Assembly: GCA_976551045.1 (NCBI GenBank)
Contig: CDPCPM010000143.1
Coordinates: 7,688,001-7,752,000 of the forward strand
Direction of reading: 5' to 3'
From: Glaucostegus cemiculus
Taxonomy: Eukaryota
DNA length: 64,000 bases
Shown here one piece after another: positions 12,065 through 24,000 of this stretch. How positions within the stretch are numbered: position 1 is the stretch's first letter; each line of letters opens with the position of its first letter. The notes under the pieces were generated by a model. It ran no database searches. It had not been told where the DNA came from and worked only from the letters and a program-made list of their open reading frames with translations. A program made the translations under genes and the position numbers.

Positions 12065-15000
12065 TGAGAATGAATATATGCAATAGTAGGTATGTGAAAT
12101 GAGATTTTGAGTAAAGTCTCAAGTGATAGGAAGGATCCTGGATTGTCTGTTTTCCAGGGATAGGTCTGCTGTTCTGATCTCCCTCTGGAATCTCAGGAGT
12201 CCTAAGGACGGGTGAAAGGCTGAACAGTAAATATTATACAGCATATCAACCTGTTTCTGTGGAGGAAATACCAGTGTTCATGTGCACATTAGATAAAACA
12301 CTCCTGACTAGTATTAGTCAGTCAGAGAGACATGTATAAGCAGGTAACCAATGAAATTATCCTAAATAAATCAAAAAACATGAACATAAAAAAGTTACTG
12401 TGAAAAGCATTAATGGGCTGGATTGTGTGGGAAAATGCCACAAATCCAATCTTATCGATGTTTCTTGAACTGGCTCCAATATTGAATTCCAAATTGAGTC
12501 CAGAGGCAGAGTGGAAAGATGCAGCAATTTCTCACAACTTGAATAAATTAAATTTAAATTTTAAATTTTATTTACAGCGTGGTAACAGGCCCTTTCAGCC
12601 CAACAAGTCCGTGCCACCCATTTTAAATCCCCAAATTAACCTACCCCTACGCCTTTTAGAATGTGGGAAGAAACCAGAGCACCCGGAGGAAACCCACACA
12701 GACACAGGAGAACGGACAAACTCCTTACAGTCAGCGACGGGAATCGAACCCCGAGTGCTGTCGCTGTAACAGCGTCGCGCTAATGGCTACGCTATCGTGC
12801 TGATAGAATAAGGGGAGTTCTTCCCCACTGAAGTTACTAGAGAAAAGCTGCAAGGAATTAGGTTTATTATTTTCTTCTAATTTATCTTGGTGTTTAATAT
12901 GACTTAACTTTTAATTTTTTAATACATTAAAAACATTTATACTGAAGAAAAGCTGGGGGGACACAGCTTATCTACTTGTGGAGTCTTTACAAACTGTTTT
13001 GCAGTTGTATCTGTTGTGGCTCCCATGGAATGGCATTTATGTTTCAGGGGCTTTGCTGTACTGTAGGGTCTCATCACAGGTCAGCTTCATCTGGCAAATT
13101 CTCATTGGGGTAATCACAGAGTTAATTTTTCTGTTAGTCAGTCAGTTTTTAAACAAAAAAAACTTTCCTTTGTTAGTCAGTGTCAATCTGGGTGTCTCAC
13201 TGCTAACTGCATAATCTGGGTCATTATCATCACTTTTTAAAAAATAAAAATAATTGTAAAATAGATTATGAAATTATTTGGAATGTGCTTTTTTGTCTGA
13301 TGGTTTTGCAATATGTTTGCCCATTTATTGACATTGTCTCCACCTTGTGAGCAGTTCTTTTTATCACTCTGCTATTTGTTATCTCACCTGTGTGCATTTT
13401 CCATTGCTGCAACCTCTGCCAAGGCAGCTAAACTGAAGAATGTTGGGATAGCAGATGAAGTTTGCACTTCTGGTGAAATACTGCATGCCTGTTCAGTTTC
13501 TGAGCTACTGTAGGTGACTCCACTAATCAAAGCATCTGTCTTCACTGGCTGCTTTTTCTTCTCCTGTTTACATGACATCTTCTCCTTTGTTAGATCTGCA
13601 GAAATTGAACAGCAATTTTGAGACAAAGAATATTGAAAAGTATATTAAAATGGCAGCACAATTAAAAAGTGAGTTAGTTTCATTGCTCTATTCCACTCCA
13701 CATATCTGTCCCTGCCAGTGGTATTGTGGAATCAATCAATGACGCTAATCACAGCAGATATATGTATGGAGACTGGGTGGTTGGGTCTGCCCATTATCTT
13801 TCCCTGTGGGTACATGCTAATTTCTCAATGTTGCTTATACCTGAGAGATCAGAGACTCACCATGGGATGGATTGTTTTAACATATAAAAGGTACAATGGA
13901 GCTGTCTCAGATTTGCTAGCCAAAATAACCTTCATTTAAGGTGAAGTTACACATCCACTTTCTGCTGCTGTTTCCATGTATTCCAGATAACTTTGTGTAG
14001 GTCCTTTTGGGAAGATCATCAGTACACTTAATACATTTAACAGGTTCTATTTAAATACTTTGAGAAATAAATGTGTTTACCTGGGATTACTTTCATACAT
14101 TTTAAAATGCTAACTGAATGGCAGCAAATCTTTGCATGTGTTAAGTATATAAATGTAAAGCTCCCCTCTGCCCTTGACAGCCAGACACTAGGTATAGGGT
14201 TACAGTGGTTATCATGCAGAACTGTAACATTGAGAGCATGGCCATGTTACTGATAAACCTCAATGATAAGCTTCACAATGTTCTCCAGGGAACCTACCAA
14301 CAATTTTCAGTTGTCCCATTTAAAACTCCAGACACTCTACATAAATAACATAATTCCCTTTCATGGGAGCAGCAAGCCATTCAGTTAGAATATTTCAAGC
14401 AGTCATTCAAAGGCCCATAGAAAAGTCTACGTGGACAGCTTATATTCAATGACAAACTTAGTTTCTTTGCAACTGACTGTAAAGTCTGGCCATTATGTAC
14501 TCACCCCCTGCAGGTGACAATCGTCCATCAGCTGTTCGGATTAGGTGTGTTATTTTTGTTTTCCTGGCCTTGCGCTTTTGGCTGCCAACAAGTGGTTCTT
14601 GTGTCACTGTTAGCAAACTGCTTGGAATTGACGGTGCACGGTCCACCTTCTCTGCGTGTTCCTCGGAGTTTGTATCTTGTGGGACTATGGCTGAAGTAGA
14701 AGAAACAACTATGCTAAATTACAAAGACCACAGCTGCAAATATGAACTTGAATCAAGGTTATTTTGTTAGCTTATTCAGTGACAATGTACATATATATTT
14801 ATCTACATTCTAATGCCAAGTTATACCTTAATGGTTAGATTTTCCTTATTGATTTGTTTGTGAAGGACTCTGAATAGTATAACCAGGCAGCAATTTTTAA
14901 TTAGTGTCTTCAATTGAAGAAACTGTTTGATCTAAAAGGAGGCCTAATTACATGCAGTACTATCGCAGAGAACATCAGAATGTTTGTCTTCATTTGAAAT

Positions 15001-18000
15001 GAAACACTTTTACAACAGAATCTAAACATTCATATCTATTCAGTCTGTGACAAATAGAAGGTTTGTTAAACTATATTTTTAATCTTAGATTCCTGACATC
15101 GGTGAAAGTTCAAAATTCAGTTCCAAAATCATTGTACTGAAGTCTACTTTGCTTTAACTTTATCTACCTAGGAAAGGGTGCACACTATTTAGTCAGTATT
15201 ACTGGCAACATAAAGCAGCACACCTTTTAAGAACTAATAGTATAACAAATGCTTTGAAATGATTTTATTGCAGTAATCCATTCTAACGGATGCTCCACTT
15301 GAAAGAAAGCATAATCTGTCCCATAACCATTGTAATTAATGACCATTGTAATATGTAGAGATTAGCAGACAATGATTATCATGGATTTAATTACTATCTA
15401 ACAGATTACAATGTCACAATATAACCCAACAGTCTCAAGTGGGTACTTAGATCATTATATATAAATTTATGTATGTTTTGGTGTCTGTAACATCCACTGG
15501 GAATTTTTCTTGTGCACATTTCTGTCCATGCTTTCTTAACGTGAATAATAGCACTTACAGTTCTTATGCTGAACCTGGACTATACAATAACTCTGAAAGG
15601 TTCAAGAGCTGCAATCACACTGTGCCTTAACTTGACCCTTGCCCCCCCCATGAGAAAAATTTATTATACAGCAAAGTTAACCTTTTTAGTACCTTTATCA
15701 GTTACATGAAGTGTGTCCTTTTGGTGTTTAAACTTGCTGACTATTTTCTGAGATGGAGATGATCCTAAAAAATATAAATAAAAATATAAAAAAAGAAAAT
15801 GCTGGCCTTCACCAAATTGATGCCTAATACATGGTAAATCCATAATCTATTCCAATTTATGGAAAATGAGGATATATGTAATCTTTACACTCTTTACATT
15901 AGCTTTGATCACTTGCACTACAAGGATAATACAGCTAACTACCTTGGTATAATTAATAAAGGAGACTATGTTGATGACAGCATTATTGGCTGTGGCCAGG
16001 TGTGCCAACATACAGATTTTGTTGATTTTGAAGGATTGTCATTAAAGATCATACCTATTATCATAACTGATAATACTGCAGAAAAATGAGCTCTTTCCGT
16101 ACTGAGATCAGTTGATAGAAATCAGTCCTTGGTTACATGTGTAAAATTTGTGTGTTTGAAAGCAGCTATGCATTGTAATCTCCTCGCTGTTTGATGTCAG
16201 AAATTACCTTTTGCCCTATCAATAGCTCTGACTCTCAGACCCCATCCCTGAAGTAGTTAACTCTACATCTGACCACTTACCATCCTACATATATGTCTGC
16301 CTATACTCAAACCCTCAACTGCTGGTTCCAAATAAAAAATGTGCAAGGTACCTTCAGAAAAAAATCAACAGGGGAGAATCATGACTAAAAGATTTTTTTT
16401 AGAACATAGAACATAGATACCTACAGCACAATTCAGGCCCTTCGGCCCACAAAGCTTTGCATGCTAATCTAACGCCCATTCTAGAGCATGCATTTGGGTG
16501 CATTAAAATTTCTGGGCTTACACATTCAACAATCCAGCAACCTCATGACATAAGAGCACAAGAAACAGAAGCGGCAGAAGGCAATACAGTTCCTGCTAAT
16601 TTATAAAAACACAGTTGATTGTATGCCTCACTCAAATCTAATTATTTCCTAAATCTCCAAAAAAACAAACCATCTGAGCCTAAAACATACTCGATGATAG
16701 AGATTTCCAAAAACTCTGCCTAAAGAAAAGTCTCTTCATTTCCTCCCATCCTGATTCCCCCTCCAGAGGAATCAGGTCTCTAGTTCTAGATCTTGCTCTA
16801 GAGTTCTAGTTCTAGATTGTCCAGCTCAGTAGCTATACTGCCAATCCTCCTCACTTTAAGCAGAGGTGAAAAGCATAGATAAGGAGTAGGATCCAATTGT
16901 GGAAGAGTAACAGACCAAGAAAAGAGAGACAGCAAAGAGTAGGAGCAGAGGGAATATGAAGTGCACAAAGCACAGATCCAAAGTACAGCCAAGATCAGGA
17001 GCACATGATAAGATCATCGGAAACTGAGGCAAACACTGTAGAGGTAATGACAAAGTAACATTACAGCCAGTGTGGAGAGGAGGATTGATAAGGCAAAGAC
17101 CTATCAGAAAGAAATAAAATACTTTTTACTCAAAAGAATGCCTATTGATAACCCTGGGTCAACTAACGAATTTGTGTGTTGGGGGGGGGAGTGGGGGCAA
17201 TGCTCATGTCTGGGCTCACAGCCATCAGTTGATTGTACAACAAACAAAGTCAATACTGGCAAGGGCTAGTTCCTTTGAGAATTACAAGAAGAACCAAGAC
17301 CATGGCATCGTGGATGGATCTGCTAGATAAGACTGAATGGAAGAAGGTTGAAAAAAGCTATGGGGTTTAATGAGAAGGAGAATCAATTCTGTTCCCCAGA
17401 TGGCGACCCAGAAATGGACTGTTGCATCCCCTGATGCCTGAGGCAAGACCTAGCTTACAAACCATATAAATCTCACTTCATTCAATTTAACTCTAATGCT
17501 CCCCTCTTGTAAAGGGGAAGTGGATGAAAGCTCACACTGGGGAGAACTTTATCCATTACAATCAGGCTTGTGGCCAACCTGGTCACAGTTACTGTGATAG
17601 CACTGACTAGTCTTGTTGGAAGGAGCACTATAGATTTCAGGTGATAGACTGGTTCGGGTTAAACGTGCAAGGCAAATGTAATTGTGGACTTCACCCAACT
17701 CGCCCAATACCCCAATCAAGGCAGGAATTAGTTATTGGTCCCCCAATGCTACCAATCTGAAATACTCTTCCTGATGTTTAATGATCTATCCCTCCATACC
17801 ACTAACCTCCTCTGGACCTGGCATCAGCCTAAACTCAGTTCTGTTAACTCTTGCATGTTGTGAATTCCTCCCTCTTCTCTTCCTTCCACTATTAGTAGGC
17901 ACGTCTTCTGCTATGTGGGACCTCTGCTCTGACATTCCCTTCCTAAACTCATCTGCATCCTTTTCCTCATGCGTGACCTGAATCTTTCGTCAACTAGCTA

Positions 18001-21000
18001 AGCAAAGGCAAGTCCTATTATGGCTTTGTATATGACCATGGTACTTTCTGTAAATAATGGAAACATAAATACTTTGGGTCTTTTTTATTCCCTTTGGGGC
18101 ACTGGTGTAAAGTAACTGAATATGTCTATTTAAGATGAAGTAGCACAAAATCAAAACACCGCAGATACTGCAAATCTGAAATAAAAACATACTTAATGTA
18201 AATATTTGTCAGGTGAGGAAGCACTTGTGGAGTGACAGATAGAGTTATATTCCACAAGAGATTCTGCAAATGCTGGAATCTAGAGCAAGACAACACAAAA
18301 TGCTGGAGGAACTCAACAGGTCAGGCAGCATCTATGGAAGGAAATAAACAGTCGATGTTTCGGGTCAAGGCCGTTCATCAGGACTGGAAAGGAAGAGGGC
18401 AGAAGCTAGAATAAGAAGATGATAGGTGATAGGCAAGCTCAGGTGATGGGGGAAGAGGTAGGTGGGGGACGGGGGATGAAAAGGAGTGATGTAAGAAGCT
18501 GAGAGGCAATAGGTAGAAGAGGCAGGTAGGAGAGGGCAGTAGACCATGGAAAAAAGGGAAGGAGGTGGGCAATAGATGGGCAGGTCATGAGTGCAGGGGA
18601 GGGGAAAGAAAAGGGGTGAGTGGGCCACAGGAATGAGGGAAAACAAAAGGGGGAGGGGTGGGGAAGGGGAGGGGTTACCGGAAGTTAGAGAAATCAATGT
18701 TGAGGCCATCAGCTTGGAGACTCCCAAGGCAGAATATGAGGTGTTACTCCTCCAACCAGCATCTGGCCTCAACACAGCAGTAGAGGCGGCCTCTCATACA
18801 TGTCAGTATGAGAGTGAGATGTGGAATTGAAGTGACTGGCCACCAGGAGATCCTTGCTTTTGTGGCAGATGGAGTGAAGGTGCTCGACGAAGCGGTCACC
18901 CAATCTGCGTCAGGTCTCACTGATGTAGAGGAGGCTGCAGCAAGAGCACTGGATGTAATAAATAACCAACACTGATTCACAGGTGAAGCGCTGCCTCACC
19001 TGGAAGGTTATGATTCAGTTTGATAACCATCTGTGAAAGGTCTTCAATTTGAAAGGATAATTATGTTTCTTTCCCCAAAGGTACTGTCTGACCTGCTAAG
19101 TGCTTGCAGGGTTTCCTGCAAAGTATACAAGTAGCCTGATGTGGCAATTACTATTACGGAAATATAATGGCAATGAACAGTAAAACCATAGCCAATACAT
19201 GGCATTTCTACTTCTGTACATCAAGAATAAAATATCCCCTGAATACTTCATACCCTCTAGTCCCACCTTTATCACATTTCTGTTGCTCAGTGGATCCACT
19301 CCTATTCTTCTTCTTTTTCCTTGTCACTGTTGTGTTCTTGCGATCAAAGGTTACTGGACTGTATTGTGGAAGGCTGTTGAATTTCTTTTCAAATTCCTGC
19401 TCTAGATTCCCTAAGCTGGAAGGAAAGAAAGAATTCTCAAATACTGGTTATTATCACAAACCTGGCCAAATCATCAAACCTCAGTAGTTTCTCCCTTAGT
19501 GAAGTTTCTCCAAGTGAAAGAGTTCGAGGTAACAATTGAGTTCTGTTGGACTCTATCTTGTGGACTATTGATCTTACTCAATGCATGATCCATAATGCAC
19601 TTAAATGGTAGTGTGTCCTCTCATACTGACTTTGCTGCTTCACCGTAGCTGTTTAGCTGAGATCAAATCCGATTAGCAAAATGGGATGCTTTCACCAGTC
19701 TCTCTTTGCTAAATTACACACAATAATTATAGTTTACAGATACTGAATTATATGAAAATAATATGGAAATACATTTAGAGCAGTTATTAGAAATAGTAAA
19801 ATATAATAAAACACTGCAAGAATTTTTCTAACCCTAAGCCAAGCTCTGATAGCAAAATAAGTTGTGGTAGACATGCGTTGACACAGTCTAGATGGAGGGT
19901 GATCTGACAAGAAAGTACTATTTTCTAACAGTTGACCTTCAATCTTATAGATAAATATCACATAATAAAGAGACACAAGTTTGAGCTAGAAGCATACAAA
20001 CAGAGATTGATGGTGCCACAATGTGACCTTTTTCAAGACCCACTGAAAATCAAATTCCAGCAAACCTCACTTCATAACATTATTACTTACAAATTAGATA
20101 CAATCTCAGCACAAAATTCCATATGCTGATTGTGAGTGAATGGCAGGCAGGCTGCCAGGTTAAATCCCTAATAGTAGTGGAGAAGAAAATTGGTTTCTTA
20201 CCCAAGAGCCGATTCATCTTTCTGTTTCAATTTCTTCAACTTCTTGGTTCCACTGCTCCCAACATTTGAAAATGACCAATCTTCCTCCTTCCAACATCCT
20301 TCATGATCAGAGGAACCCCCTTTCCCTGAAGCTTTCTTGCCTGAAAGCATTATAAATATATTTCTGTACCAGCGAAATGCGGAAATTACAACCACATCCA
20401 CAATGTTAACTGATAGAAAGCCATTCCCATGTTACTCCGGTTCCTTCAAAACCCCAATGTTTATGTTCCATTATAGATCTAGCTTAAATCTCATTGAGGC
20501 CAACACCTACGGCTTTTTTAATATATTCCCTGTATTTAAGCTGTCAGTTACAAGGTTAGGAATTTGAATATAAATATTCCAACCAGTAAATTAGTTTGAC
20601 ATTTCATTAGCGATATAATATATTCAATGGGAAACATCAATTACATCTACTCCTTTGCATTTTTGACCTGAACTTATAAAGTTTGGTCCAAGATCTGCAG
20701 TGCTCATTCGAGCAAATGCTGGTGTAATAATAGCTAACCACACGAATCAAAGTAATTGCCTGTAACTGCAGCTGCCAAGCCAACACAGACCAAATGCACC
20801 GCTATACAAATGGATTTTTTGTTTTTTGTCCCCCCAGTTACACAAGATGAATATTTAAGCTGGTACGTTCAATTCCTGCATGATGATAATGTGTTTAAGC
20901 AGACATGTTGTGTTCTGCCAATTCTCCTAATGTCAAGTTACCTAAGGTATCACCAGAGGTGAAGACAAACAGACCTTTTTTGTGCAGTTCTGCAGGAAGG

Positions 21001-24000
21001 ACGTTAAAGCCCTTGATAGGGCTGAGAGGAGGTTCACAAGTATATTGCCAGGCTGGAGAACTGCAGTTACAAGGAAAGGCTGACTAGACAGGAGTTTTTC
21101 TTTGGAACAAAGGAGACCAATCCGTCAATATTATGAATACCTAGATACTGTGCTTGTTGTCTAGAGTGATCCTTGAACCCATAACCTTTAGACTCAGAGA
21201 CTTTTTATTTATATGCCATTTGTAAAGGAGTAAAACATCCTGAACATATTCACAGGGGCATTATCAAGCAAAGGAAGCTGTACAAGATCATTTGGGAACT
21301 TTTAAGCAAAACCTTAGGTGATCTTAAAATCAGCAACACACAAAGGAGCTGCAGGAACTCAGTGGGACAGGCAGCATCTGTGGAGGGAAACAGTTGATGT
21401 TTCGGGTTGAGACGCTTCATCAGGACTGGAAAGAGGGGAGACAGCCAGTATCAAAAGGTGGGGGTGGGGGGTGAAGGGCTGGAGCAAGAGCTAGTGGGGG
21501 TAGGTGGATCCAGGTGAGGGGGTGTTTAAAGGATTGTTTTTTTTATCTTCCAAATGTTAGTTTCAGCCTCCAAAAAGTAAATTATTTTGGCAATCTAAAT
21601 AGTAAAGAATATTTACTGAATTATTTACCAGGACAAATTTGTGCATATGGTATGGCATCCAAATAGTTCACAACATATTTTCATCTTGCTACAAAATTTC
21701 TTTCCTTTGAAAGCCACAGAGTAATCATACTGATTCAACAGTGAGTTCCAATAGACTATTCAACCACAGTAGAATCTGATTAAACCCTTATTCAGCATTT
21801 GCATACACTCAAGGCTGCTGACTAGTGGATAGTTATCACAAAAGGCAGAGCTGGCAGTATTTTTCTTTGTTCTCCACTTTCTGGTTATGGAAGTTAGATG
21901 TAATTCGTCTGTTGAGTGCCCTAGTTGAAATCACATTTCCTTGGTTGATATATTTTAAAGATAATGTCACCACTTCTGAATCACTGACAGATTCCAGGAC
22001 AGAGCCTAATACAGCCACAGTACATCAATGTTCTGCAGAGCCCTTATAAACTATTTTTTGCACGGAAACCATTACTATGGAAATCTTTGCAATGCTGCCA
22101 CCTATGGACAACAAACTTTAATTCTATTGAATTTCCCTGTTACCTAAATTAGTCATCAACGATGTGAATGAAAAATTGGGAGTTCTAGTGAATTAAATTC
22201 CAGTTTATATAGGTTTTTGAAGAAGCAACATCAGGATCAAAATAATTATGAAACCAATGAATTTTTGTCAGGTTGAACTGAGTGAAAAGGGAAAGTAACA
22301 GCTTCTCAATCGGGCTGGGATGTGAGGCATGGGTTGGAAAGCAGGGATGGGAATTCTAGGCTGATCTGAGAGGAGGCAAAGGAAGGAATACGAGTCTGGG
22401 CAGGGTGGATTAGGGAAGGAGTTCATCTGTGAATGGTACAGTGTAAAATCTACATTGGCTCAAGGTGAACTGCAACTTCTTGCATTGTGGCTAGGCTTGG
22501 CATGATGCAATTTCTAAATTGGTAAACATTGATTTCACCCTAGGCTCCAAGTGATGAAAATATGTTTTCAGCATTAATAATTGAAATTCATTAAACAGAA
22601 ACCATCAGACAAACTATTCAAATTGAACGGAAAGCCTGAGCGTCTATTCGTATCTGTCAAGTCTTTTTTCTTATGAATTTAATGTTGTTGCCAAACAAGC
22701 ACGATGATTTAAAGTAGATAACATTTATATTATTGATTCATACATACTTACATTTTTGTGTTGAAATGCAACTACGTAATGTTATGTTCCTGATAAATTG
22801 TTTGCCCTACCTTCCTAATTTTGAGCAATCCTGAAATTTCTGATCCATTAAAATCAAATAATTATAAATCCAAATTTGCAAAATTGTTAAGAAATAAGAA
22901 TTGATTTCCACAAGCTAACTATGGCTGAGGGTTGGATATTGCAGAATGACTGTTGAGGTATAAAAATTTCAGTTTACAAGTGGCACTCAGTAAGCTGAAC
23001 TACATTTATTGATCAAAATATATACAGAAAATGCTTAAGATTTCAAGATATTGAAATGATTAACACCTGCTTTTTAGGCATTAATCACGTACCATTTCTG
23101 GGTGAAATAGTGCTCCCCACTTCTGTTTGCAATGCATGCGAGTGCACTTGATACTCATCTGACATGCCACCATTCCAGTAACATCCATTTTCAGTAACAT
23201 CAACATGAACTGGAATTCAAAGTTACAACCTACAACCATCTGGAACAGTCTCTGCAATTAGGAGCACAATGTGCTTGTTTGTTATTTTTTGTGGTATTTA
23301 AAGGAACACTCTGCCGACATTGGGAGAACTAACTGGGCAGTTTCAGAACTCATGCAGACTGCTCAAACACCTTCCAAAGACCACAGAGTGTATTATAATA
23401 ATAGCAAGTGTTTTATCCAGCATTTAACTGTGGAAATACTTATTCAATAGATGCAGTGACAACACTGGCATCACTCTATTACTGGAGGTAGCTTTATAGC
23501 CATAAATGGCCATGCAGAGTTGGTTGGAGACCTTGAGGCGGGGGACAAAGAATTGCCATCTGGGAAGCACCTACTCCCAGAATCTTCAAAGATACCACAC
23601 CCTACCTGGGCCTCTCTGACAAATAATGTATTTGTGGCTCGGGTTTTCCAAGGGCGTGTGAAATGTTGCAAAGGAAGACCTTTGCCACATTTGTTTGCAC
23701 CTCAACTGCTCTCTCATGGAGGCCAAGATCATAATGAGCCTCAGCCTCCTGGCCACAGGATCTATACAAGGGTCTATGACAGATCTCTTTGTCTTCCAAT
23801 TTGCTGCTCAATGAGCATCAGAGAGGTGCTTTGATCCACTTTGATTTTATTGAGAACCAGATGGCATTCAATGCAATGGGATTTGCCACCATTACTGGCA
23901 TGCAGCCATTGACTACACTTGGGCCCATTAGGGCTCCCATTAAGAATCTACATCAACAGGTAAAGGTTTACACTCCTTCAATGTTTAGGCAGGATTAAAC

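Noticed and set aside
12690-12801. tRNA gene
   Set aside because: The A/B boxes belong to a SINE head; there is no complete cloverleaf.
17990-18190. ORF with [16 protein letters not shown] as a candidate BBX exon 9
   Set aside because: No in-phase splice sites; 15693-15764 matches much better.
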